From IMG/VR virus record IMGVR_UViG_3300045988_174937: a stretch of DNA of 64,000 bases; one strand, 5' to 3'. The translations under genes and the position numbers were made by a program. Below, in pieces: positions 49,978 to 58,111 of the stretch (position 1 is its first letter; each line of letters opens with the position of its first letter). The DNA is from a virus. Under the pieces are notes generated by a model. The model was given only the letters and a program-made list of their open reading frames with translations. It did no database searches and had not been told where the DNA came from.

Positions 49978-51465
49978 ATGGACAGACTTTCTATCAATCT
50001 CGCCGACTATGGCATCCAAGCGCGTGGTGCTCAGTACGGCTCGTCCAGCCAGGAAGAGGTCGCTATGCTGAACAAAGCCCTCGAAGCAACCGACATCACG
50101 GGTCGTCAGACGACGAACCTTACCGATGCCTCGGGTGCTCCGCTGAAGGTGGAGTCGCTGGAGCGTACTCTGAAACACCTGACGTTCCGCGAGAGCGACA
50201 TCGTTCTCTGGAAGAACCTGCCGAAAAAGGCCGCCTACAACACCGTTGAGGAGTACAACCAGCTGGCATCGTATGGTGCTGACCGCGGTGGCTTCACCAA
50301 CGAGGGCGAACTCCCCGACGAGGAGGACTCGATCTACATCCGCCGGGCTCAGCTGGTGAAATACCTCGGCGTCACCAAGTCGGTTACGCACCAGATGACC
50401 CTCGTCAACACGATGGTGGGCAACATCATGGAGCGCACCATCAAGGACGGTACGCTGTGGATTCTCCGCAAGCTGAACAAGTCGCTGTATTTCGGCAACT
50501 CGGACATCATCCCGCAGGAGTTCAACGGTCTTCTGGCTCAGCAGTTGCAGTCGGACGCATGGAGTGGCCTCGACGCCTACCTCAACTCCGAAAACGTTAT
50601 CGACCTGCGCGGTCGTGGCCTGACCGAGGACCCCATCGAGACCGCCGCCAACTCGATTGTCGAGAACTACGGCCTCGGCACGGAGCTGTACGCTCCCCCT
50701 GCCGTGCTGTCGGACTTCGTCAAAACGTTCTACGGCAACAAGTTCATCCAGCCCAACACCGCCCAGACCAGCGCCGGTATCATGGGTCAGCGCGTTCAGG
50801 CGTTCGACTCGCAGTTCGGCCGCATCGGCCTCAACTACGACGTCTTCTTCAAGAAGGCACCGTTCAAGATGGCTGGCGCTCAGTCCACGCATCCCAAGTC
50901 GCCCGCCGCTCCCGTATGGGACCCTGCTGCTGCGGCTACGGTTGTGGCTGACACGACGACCTCGAAATTCAACTCGGAGGATGCCGGCAACTACGTTTAC
51001 GCCATCGCGGCTATCAACCGCCACGGCGAGTCGTCGCTGGTAGTCAACGAGACCCCGGTTGCCGTAACGGCAGGCTCGGCCGTCGACCTCAAGTTCTCGA
51101 TTACCGACAACGCTCACCCGGCTACGGGCTATCGCATTTACCGCACGAAGAAAGGCGGTACCAAGGACAGCAAGTTCTACCCGATTTTCGACATCTCGGT
51201 GGCTGAGCTGAAACTTGGCTATGCAGGCGCTGCCGGCGACCTGTGCCGTGACAACAACTATTTCCTGCCCGACTGCGACCAGGCGTTCCTGGTACAGTTC
51301 GACAACGAGGTCATCGAGTTCGCTCAGCTGGCCCCGCTGATGAAGATGGACCTGGCGATTCTGTCGCCCGCGTACCGCTTCATGGTGCTGCTGTACGGTA
51401 CGCCGTTCCTGTACGCTCCGAAGAAGATGGTTCGCCTCATCAACATCGGCCGCGCTTCCAACTAA
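49978..51465 (+). CDS. Major capsid protein
   Basis: 495 aa, positioned after the protease/scaffold and followed by a very strong terminator. Contains an Ig/FN3-like segment. Confidence 0.6.
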   Translation: MDRLSINLADYGIQARGAQYGSSSQEEVAMLNKALEATDITGRQTTNLTDASGAPLKVESLERTLKHLTFRESDIVLWKNLPKKAAYNTVEEYNQLASYGADRGGFTNEGELPDEEDSIYIRRAQLVKYLGVTKSVTHQMTLVNTMVGNIMERTIKDGTLWILRKLNKSLYFGNSDIIPQEFNGLLAQQLQSDAWSGLDAYLNSENVIDLRGRGLTEDPIETAANSIVENYGLGTELYAPPAVLSDFVKTFYGNKFIQPNTAQTSAGIMGQRVQAFDSQFGRIGLNYDVFFKKAPFKMAGAQSTHPKSPAAPVWDPAAAATVVADTTTSKFNSEDAGNYVYAIAAINRHGESSLVVNETPVAVTAGSAVDLKFSITDNAHPATGYRIYRTKKGGTKDSKFYPIFDISVAELKLGYAGAAGDLCRDNNYFLPDCDQAFLVQFDNEVIEFAQLAPLMKMDLAILSPAYRFMVLLYGTPFLYAPKKMVRLINIGRASN

Positions 51466-51487
51466 CGCAACAATCGTTCAACCGAGA

Positions 51488-51521
51488 AACAGGGGTGGGG
51501 GTAGCCCCGCTCCTGTTTTTC
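51488..51521 (+). terminator. Rho-independent terminator
   Basis: AACAGGGGTGGGG / CCCCGCTCCTGTT forms a 13-bp stem (two G-U pairs) with a 4-nt loop, followed by TTTC. Confidence 0.8.
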
Positions 51522-51536
51522 ATTAAATCGTAAACC

Positions 51537-51911
51537 ATGAAACTGAAAACCAGTAATGCGTCCCTGTATGGTTCGCGCCTTACCGTTCCTGTTGACGGTA
51601 CTATTCAAATCGACCGCAACGGCGAAATCAACGTATCCGAAGTCTGTGCTCGTCATCTGCTGACGCTCCCCGAGTGGCTGGCCGTTGGTGAGGGCGTAAA
51701 GGAAGACGCCGCTCCGGCCGCTGAAACCGCCGAGGACCAGGACAAGGCAATCATCGACCAGATTCGTGCCATGTCGCTCGAAGAGATGCTCGAGACCGCC
51801 GCCGAGGCTGAATACCCCGAGGACGAGTACAAGAAATTCAAGAAGAACTCCAAATTGATGGCAGCCTATCTGGTAAAGAAATACAAGGCCGCTGTCGCCG
51901 TCGAGGAGTAG
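51537..51911 (+). CDS. Hypothetical head-associated protein
   Basis: 124-aa ORF after the capsid terminator, with an acidic middle. Confidence 0.6.
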   Translation: MKLKTSNASLYGSRLTVPVDGTIQIDRNGEINVSEVCARHLLTLPEWLAVGEGVKEDAAPAAETAEDQDKAIIDQIRAMSLEEMLETAAEAEYPEDEYKKFKKNSKLMAAYLVKKYKAAVAVEE

Positions 51912-51951
51912 TTTCCTCGTCTTACCGTTACGACTCGCAAAACAGACCAAA

Positions 51952-52746
51952 ATGACTCTTCAATTAGACATCCTCTACAACAAGAACGAGGGCCTCGTGA
52001 TAAGTCCTTCGGAGTTGACCGAAAACTACCTTTTCGGCATTCCGATGTGTTCGCCCGACGGCCAGCGGGTTTCGGAGTCTTCCATCAAGACCCAGATCAA
52101 GGTAGCCCAGGCCCGCGTTGAACACCTCCTTTCTATCAAACTCAAGAAGCAGGTCATTGAGGAGAGCCGCGACTACATTCGCGAAGAGTGGAACAACTGG
52201 GGTTTCGTTCGTGCGATGTACCCCGTGGTCTGTATTCATTCGTTGTGCGGTTTCATCAATTCTGTAATGCAGACCCGCTACCCCTCGGAGTGGTTATCTA
52301 TCAAGAAGATTGCTTCGGTAGCCGTGTATCGTAACATTTCGCTGATTCCCAACTCAGGCAGCGGAAAGGGCGCCATCATGACGCAGAATTCGTACGTTTA
52401 CAACGGTATCGCTCCTAACTTAGGGTGGTTTGGTCAAAAGTACATCCCGAACTACTGGCGACTGAAATACGTCACCGGATGGGACGAAATACCCGCCGAC
52501 CTGCTGGACTTTATATCTAAGTTGGCGTCGTTGAACGTTCTGGCGGTTCTGGGTGATGTACTATACGGCGTGGGCATGTCGTCAGTGAGTATTTCACTTG
52601 ACGGGGTGTCGCAGAACACGCCGTTGACACGTTCGGCGCAGGGCGGCCTTTTCGGCGGCCGCATCAAACAATACCTCGACGAACTGAACCAACAGTTGCC
52701 GAATTTGAAGAACCAGTACCGCGGTATAGCTTTTGAAGTCTTATAA
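51952..52746 (+). CDS. Virion structural protein (head-tail connector/completion candidate by position)
   Basis: 264-aa ORF between the capsid and sheath genes. Confidence 0.55.
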   Translation: MTLQLDILYNKNEGLVISPSELTENYLFGIPMCSPDGQRVSESSIKTQIKVAQARVEHLLSIKLKKQVIEESRDYIREEWNNWGFVRAMYPVVCIHSLCGFINSVMQTRYPSEWLSIKKIASVAVYRNISLIPNSGSGKGAIMTQNSYVYNGIAPNLGWFGQKYIPNYWRLKYVTGWDEIPADLLDFISKLASLNVLAVLGDVLYGVGMSSVSISLDGVSQNTPLTRSAQGGLFGGRIKQYLDELNQQLPNLKNQYRGIAFEVL

Positions 52747-53579
52747 TGGCCAAGAAACAACCCATATTGAGTGTCTCGCTCGTCGATACCCCACCCGTGA
52801 GCCTGACCCCCGCACAACCGGGGCGTCCGGCCGTGGGATGGGATGTCGGGCGTTTTGAACGCCTTATTTACGACCAGGGGTATGACGCCTACATCGACCG
52901 CGCTATGCGTTGCCCGTGCGTCGATAAGACCAGCGGCCAGGCGTCGTCCACGTGTCAAAATTGCTACGGGCGTGGATGGTTCTTCGTCAATCGCCGCGAG
53001 ACGCGCCTCATCGCCCAGACCATGGGCAACCGCCGTAAGTACGAAGAGTGGAGTGAACTCAACATCGGTACGGCGGCTATCACCGCTCGCGCCGTGGACC
53101 GTATGGGATTCATGGACCGCGTGGTGTTGCTGGATTTGGAGGGCTATTTCTCTGAGATATTGCGGCCTACTATTTACCGTAACGAACTGTTCGCCTATCC
53201 GGTGTATGAACCACTGGAGGTAACGGACATCTTCCTCCACGTGGCCGACGGTGAACCGTTGCGGCCGCTTACCACAGCTGAGTTCCGTTTGGATAAGAAC
53301 AGGGTCGTTTTCAGCAAGGATTTAATCGGCATGGTAGAAAGTAACGACCCGAACGCTAAAGTCGGTAATTTGACCATTTCTATTCGTTACAAGCACTATC
53401 CTGTATATCACATAATCGACGTTGACCGCGAACTCATGCAGGTACGCGAGGGAAAACCTTGCGCCACGCGGCGTGAAGCGTTGACGGCGATGCCTGTAAA
53501 GGTAGTTGGCCGCAAGGCCGAGTATGTGTTCCCGCCCATGCGCTACGGTGATGTTCCGTACGATAACACCGTGAAATAA
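52746..53579 (+). CDS. Virion structural protein (by position)
   Basis: 277-aa ORF with a TAATG overlap. Confidence 0.55.
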   Translation: MAKKQPILSVSLVDTPPVSLTPAQPGRPAVGWDVGRFERLIYDQGYDAYIDRAMRCPCVDKTSGQASSTCQNCYGRGWFFVNRRETRLIAQTMGNRRKYEEWSELNIGTAAITARAVDRMGFMDRVVLLDLEGYFSEILRPTIYRNELFAYPVYEPLEVTDIFLHVADGEPLRPLTTAEFRLDKNRVVFSKDLIGMVESNDPNAKVGNLTISIRYKHYPVYHIIDVDRELMQVREGKPCATRREALTAMPVKVVGRKAEYVFPPMRYGDVPYDNTVK

Positions 53580-54382
53580 TGGCACGGCCAATCAACATAG
53601 ACGTTAGTGGTTTAGGCGCTCAGTTTGGTCTCACACAGGCCCAGATAGACGACCTAACCGAACTCTGTGTTCAAGCCGTAACGGCTGCTGTGTACGCTAA
53701 CTGGCAAGCACTGGCCAAGCAGGGGCTGAATTCCACGCGCCCCGAGTACCTCCAAAATCTTAACATTATCGACCGCGGCCGTTTCGCCAAGTCGATTGTC
53801 CTGACAGGGGAATTACCTGTGATGCTGGAGGCCGGGGCAACCCCTTTCGACCAGAAGGAGTATTTCCAGCGGTCATCGCGAGTCCGTCACACTGTACCCG
53901 TACTGCGTAAGGACGGCACGGTACTACGTCCTGGCGGCGATTGGTACTTGACCGTTCCGTTCCGTCACGGTACGCCAGGCACGGTGGGTCAGGCAGGATT
54001 TTCTGACGAAATGCCTAAAGAGGTTTACGACGTGGTCCGCACGTTCGTAACCGGGCAGCGGCTACGCGCCTCACAGATTCCTACGCCGTACAACATCCCG
54101 ACGGAGCGTCGGGCCATAGCCGCAACAGACCGTTCGCCTGCCTATGCGGCTTATTTGCGTAAGCACTCCATCTACGAGGGCATCACCAAGCAGACAGGCG
54201 TTTACGCACGTACGACCCAGAATATGTATGTTTCGTTCCGACGCGCTTCGAAGAACAGCGACCCGCTCAGCTGGATATTCCCGGGGCTGACGGCAAGGCG
54301 GTTCTCCGACAAGGCCATCGACCAAACAGACATCGAAACCATAGTACACAACGAATCGGTAAACTTTTTGGAGAACTTATGA
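53579..54382 (+). CDS. Virion structural protein (by position)
   Basis: 267-aa ORF with a TAATG overlap. Confidence 0.55.
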   Translation: MARPINIDVSGLGAQFGLTQAQIDDLTELCVQAVTAAVYANWQALAKQGLNSTRPEYLQNLNIIDRGRFAKSIVLTGELPVMLEAGATPFDQKEYFQRSSRVRHTVPVLRKDGTVLRPGGDWYLTVPFRHGTPGTVGQAGFSDEMPKEVYDVVRTFVTGQRLRASQIPTPYNIPTERRAIAATDRSPAYAAYLRKHSIYEGITKQTGVYARTTQNMYVSFRRASKNSDPLSWIFPGLTARRFSDKAIDQTDIETIVHNESVNFLENL

Positions 54383-55083
54383 AAGTAGATGCACTGATAC
54401 TCCCCGAGGTGATTATCGCCCGCGTATTGACAGCCATCGTGAAGATGATACGCGACGATATCGCGTTAGCCACGCCGCAAGAAGTCCGGAACACTATCCT
54501 CTTCCAGCTGCTTGGCGAGAACGAAGACGGCCACCCCATCCACATGAACGCCTACAACTATTTCCGTCAGGCGGTCAAGATATTCTCTAATCCGGCGAAT
54601 TTAGAGGTCCACCTGGGATACAACGCCCAGGTCACGACCGCCCTGGCCGTTCACATCATTTTGCCTGGCGAACAAGCCGCTAACGCCCCTCTGGGTGAAG
54701 GGCAGGAGTGGGATGCTGAGGCCGACCAGTTCATGTACACGCAGTGGATGGATGCGCAGTATCAAATTCTCATCACGTCGGATAACGCCTCCGAGGCCAT
54801 GATAGCCTACAACGTACTCAAAGCCATGCTGCTGATGTACGCCCCGAATCTCGACTTGGTAGGTTTACGCATCCCGCGAGTATCGGGTGGCGATATTATC
54901 CTTCAACAGGACATAATTCCGCCAACGGTATTCCACAAAGCCCTCACGCTGGCGTTCAAATACGAGGTCACTGTTCCAACAAGATTGCGCTCCCAAGTCG
55001 TAAAGGCCATCAGCTACAATTATAACATTTGCGACCCGTTTAGCGGTGAAGTGATAATCCCGGGCGACGGTAAAACCGAATAA
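54379..55083 (+). CDS. Virion structural protein (tail completion candidate by position)
   Basis: 234-aa ORF with an ATGA overlap. Confidence 0.55.
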   Translation: MKVDALILPEVIIARVLTAIVKMIRDDIALATPQEVRNTILFQLLGENEDGHPIHMNAYNYFRQAVKIFSNPANLEVHLGYNAQVTTALAVHIILPGEQAANAPLGEGQEWDAEADQFMYTQWMDAQYQILITSDNASEAMIAYNVLKAMLLMYAPNLDLVGLRIPRVSGGDIILQQDIIPPTVFHKALTLAFKYEVTVPTRLRSQVVKAISYNYNICDPFSGEVIIPGDGKTE

Positions 55084-55110
55084 AACCAAACTTTCTAAAC
55101 ATATAACATT

Positions 55111-56796
55111 ATGAGTACTGTGGTAACGATGAATGGCAAAACCTACGTTGAGCCGGGTTCGTACGCAATCACTGTCTACCAGCCTACTTCGGTAGTCAAC
55201 GTGGCCTCGTTTGGCCGCGTCATGATTATCGACACGGGCCTCTCTCAGGAGAAGGCAGGCGACGCGACGTACGAGTTCGCTGGCGGCGCGGGTATTGCCG
55301 GCGTTGACGCTTCCGGGCGCAAGGCCATTTACGCTTTCGAGAATTTCGAAGACTTCTCAGACTTCATGGGCGGCGGCATGATTACCGACCTGGCGCAGAA
55401 ACTGTTTACGCCGATTGACGGTTCGCTGGGTACGCCGCGCCTGTACTACACCCGTGCGGCCGCTACCGTTCCGGCGAAACTTACCATCGGCAGCGGTAAC
55501 AACAGCATCGTCCTTACGTGCTTGAATGAGGGTGTTGTGGGTAACGGTATCGCCGAGGGTGATATGAGCGAACTGTCGAACGGTACGCTGGAGAACCTGA
55601 AGGTCGGCTATGCCCTGGCCATTAAGGCGGGTGTTGATGATACGTCGAAGTTTATCGCTACGATTTATCGCGGTAACTACCGCGGTACGGACGCCGCAGG
55701 CGAACCTTACGGCACCTACACGCTGGCGCAGGCTTATGGCGAGATGGTGGCCCAGTCGGGTGAGATTGGCACCTACGACGAACTCTACAACTGGCTCATC
55801 ACTTCGTCGATGGTTATGGCCAATTTCCGTCCTGCTAAGGGTTCGGCGTTTGTAGGTACTACGGCTATTGAGGCCATGGAACCGACGGCGTTTGCTGGTG
55901 GAACGACCTCTTATCAGGGCTCTAAGGGCGAGAACGAGTACTACCCCGACGTGTTGGAGGCTATCCGCGAACTGGAGGTTACGTTCTTCCTGTGTACGGA
56001 CTACGGCGTGGTGAACGGAACCAAGGCTTCTTCGAATGGTAAACTGTTTACGTTCCTGAAGAACGACGCCAAGTTCGACGAGTTTATGTTCGTGGCTGGT
56101 GGCGAGGGTAAGACCGACCTGCTCACTACCAATACCGTTACGCAGACTTCGCAGGCGCTGGCCGTTCACTACAACGACGAAAAGGTAATAATCGTCCACG
56201 GTTCGCCGACGGTGGCTCGCAAGGACGGCAACGGAACCAAGAACCTGCCGTCGATTTACCTGGCTGCCGCTATCATGGGCCTGAATGCCGGTATGGCCGC
56301 TCAGACGCCCGTTACGTTCAAGCGTGTAGGATACGACGCCTACGCCTACGACCTTACGTTTAGCGAGCGTGTTAAGGCTCTTCAGGCTGGTATTATGCAC
56401 GTCCGCGAGGTTTCAGGTTACTACCGCGTCAACCAGGGTATCACGTCGCTTCAAAACAACAAGCAAACCATCGCCGAAGACGGCCAAACGTTCGAGTTGT
56501 CGATTGCCCTCATCAAGGCTCAACTCAACAAGGAGCTGATTCTCGACGCCCAGACGCGCTTTACCGGCAACACGGCTGCCCAGGCTTCGCCTAACACCGT
56601 GAAGGACTTCACTGAAACCAAACTGACGTCGCTCGTGGCTAAGGTTGGTGACGACAACCTGATTATCTCGTGGAAGAACGTGAAAGTTTCGGCCAAGAAC
56701 GGCGACTACAAGGTCACGTATGACTTTGTCCCGAACGTTCCGGTTAACAAGACGTTCTTCGTCGGGAACATGCTCGACTATGTGTTTAACTCGTAA
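55111..56796 (+). CDS. Contractile tail sheath protein
   Basis: 561 aa. N-terminal YVEPGSYAITVYQ...VMIIDTG and C-terminal GIMHVREVSGYYRVNQGITS are sheath-like. A tube-sized gene follows. Confidence 0.7.
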   Translation: MSTVVTMNGKTYVEPGSYAITVYQPTSVVNVASFGRVMIIDTGLSQEKAGDATYEFAGGAGIAGVDASGRKAIYAFENFEDFSDFMGGGMITDLAQKLFTPIDGSLGTPRLYYTRAAATVPAKLTIGSGNNSIVLTCLNEGVVGNGIAEGDMSELSNGTLENLKVGYALAIKAGVDDTSKFIATIYRGNYRGTDAAGEPYGTYTLAQAYGEMVAQSGEIGTYDELYNWLITSSMVMANFRPAKGSAFVGTTAIEAMEPTAFAGGTTSYQGSKGENEYYPDVLEAIRELEVTFFLCTDYGVVNGTKASSNGKLFTFLKNDAKFDEFMFVAGGEGKTDLLTTNTVTQTSQALAVHYNDEKVIIVHGSPTVARKDGNGTKNLPSIYLAAAIMGLNAGMAAQTPVTFKRVGYDAYAYDLTFSERVKALQAGIMHVREVSGYYRVNQGITSLQNNKQTIAEDGQTFELSIALIKAQLNKELILDAQTRFTGNTAAQASPNTVKDFTETKLTSLVAKVGDDNLIISWKNVKVSAKNGDYKVTYDFVPNVPVNKTFFVGNMLDYVFNS

Positions 56797-56815
56797 TTAA
56801 AGAAAGGAGCGATAT

Positions 56816-57316
56816 ATGTCGAATAAAAGAGTTATGACTGCGCCGCTTGCGATTATCCGCATCAACAGCGTCGCCGTCGGTAAGATGAAGAATGTTCGCG
56901 TGACGGAGAACATCCGCCGCGGGCGTGTCGTGGGCCTCGGTAGTCTCACTCCCAGTGAGGTTCCGGCGGTGGAGTGGAGCGGGTCGCTGAGTTGCAGTTC
57001 GTACTCCATCAATTTCAACCGCCTGGCCAACGTATCTAAGAAAGGCACTTTCCGCCAGACCACCAGCGTCGAAGAGTGGGCCAACGCCATCCTGCTTCAG
57101 GAGGAGGGCCTGGAGTTCGCTATTCAGCGTAAGGTGAAGGACGGGGAAATCGACCCCGAAACGGGACTCGTAAAGGCTACCTATGAAACGTTCGCCCTGG
57201 TAAAGGGGGCGTTCGCTACGCGCGAGGGCTTCGACATCCAGGAGGGGCAAATCTCTGGTCGCGATACCGAGTTCGAGTACATCACCCCAATCCTCTTTGA
57301 CGGTATCAGCGAGTAG
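56816..57316 (+). CDS. Tail tube protein
   Basis: 166 aa directly after the sheath gene. It is the only gene with a clear AAGGAG Shine-Dalgarno-like box (56804-56809). Confidence 0.6.
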   Translation: MSNKRVMTAPLAIIRINSVAVGKMKNVRVTENIRRGRVVGLGSLTPSEVPAVEWSGSLSCSSYSINFNRLANVSKKGTFRQTTSVEEWANAILLQEEGLEFAIQRKVKDGEIDPETGLVKATYETFALVKGAFATREGFDIQEGQISGRDTEFEYITPILFDGISE

Positions 57317-57344
57317 AACCGCGTTGTGTACCAACACCAAGTAT

Positions 57345-57381
57345 AAAGAGAGTGCTACGAAAGACCCGTGGCGCTCTCTTT
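57345..57381 (+). terminator. Hairpin / partial terminator after the tube gene
   Basis: AAAGAGAGTGC pairs with GCGCTCTCTTT (one G-U pair), followed by ATTGTT. Confidence 0.4.
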
Positions 57382-57406
57382 ATTGTTAAACAAAATAGTC
57401 CTAAAA

Positions 57407-57820
57407 ATGGAAGATTACAAGAAACAACTCTCCGAGGTGAAAGCGGTAGAGTTCCGGGGTGCAAAACTCAACGTCAAGTTCCCGAACGTCGGCGAGATGA
57501 TTGACATCGAGAACCTCAAAACCGCGTATTCCGGCGGCCGTTACGGTGTTATGCTGGCCAGCGGCGTGAAGAGTATGATTTATGCCGTGGACGTTATCGA
57601 CGCCATGGCATTTATCGAAATCAAACTCAAGGCCGTCCGCAATATGCTGAACATCCCCGAGAGCCAGTCGATGATGAGCGTTGATTCGGCGCTGGCGTCG
57701 GAACTCACGGCGTGGTACAAGCAGCAGATTGCTCCGTGGTACAACTCGATGATGTCGAAACTGTATGAGGCAGGAAACGCTCAGCCGTCTCTCAACGCCA
57801 AAGGCGGAGCCGACGCTTAA
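57407..57820 (+). CDS. Tail assembly chaperone (by position)
   Basis: 137-aa ORF between the tube and tape measure genes. ATG at 57407 is preferred over GTG at 57368. Confidence 0.5.
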   Translation: MEDYKKQLSEVKAVEFRGAKLNVKFPNVGEMIDIENLKTAYSGGRYGVMLASGVKSMIYAVDVIDAMAFIEIKLKAVRNMLNIPESQSMMSVDSALASELTAWYKQQIAPWYNSMMSKLYEAGNAQPSLNAKGGADA

Positions 57821-58100
57821 CGACACGTTGGACCAGAGCGTCACGCGGTGGCTGACGCGGTTCCCGCTCGACCTTTGGTGGCGAAGAAAACACGGCGTAT
57901 CCTTCGGGTCGCCGCAACACCGGGCGATGAGTTTCTTTGACCAGTTACATGAGTACCGCGAAGAGGTATTATTGCAACGTATGGCGCGTGAAAAACAAGA
58001 GCGTGAAGCCATGGGTGATGATTACGATTCGCGGGTTTTACAACTGAGCCAGGAAGAAATCGACGAGGACTACGACAGTATCAACTTGGATGACTTTTAA
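57765..58100 (+). CDS. Second tail-chaperone-region ORF overlapping the first in the +1 frame
   Basis: 111-aa ORF. Its frame is open from 57753 and overlaps the previous ORF by 56 nt. Confidence 0.45.
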   Translation: MRQETLSRLSTPKAEPTLNDTLDQSVTRWLTRFPLDLWWRRKHGVSFGSPQHRAMSFFDQLHEYREEVLLQRMAREKQEREAMGDDYDSRVLQLSQEEIDEDYDSINLDDF

Positions 58101-58111
58101 CGCAGATAACA

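Noticed and set aside
49903-51117. 404-aa ORF on the minus strand
   Set aside because: It is antisense to the major capsid gene. It is Arg/Gly/Val-rich and low-complexity, as is typical of shadow ORFs. No operon context supports any minus-strand gene in this window.
55357-56400. 347-aa minus-strand ORF, with similar ones at 44762-45766, 41318-42226 and 42511-43260
   Set aside because: They are shadow ORFs antisense to the sheath, kinase/ART and AAA+ genes. They have no start context and a biased Arg/Ser/Val composition.
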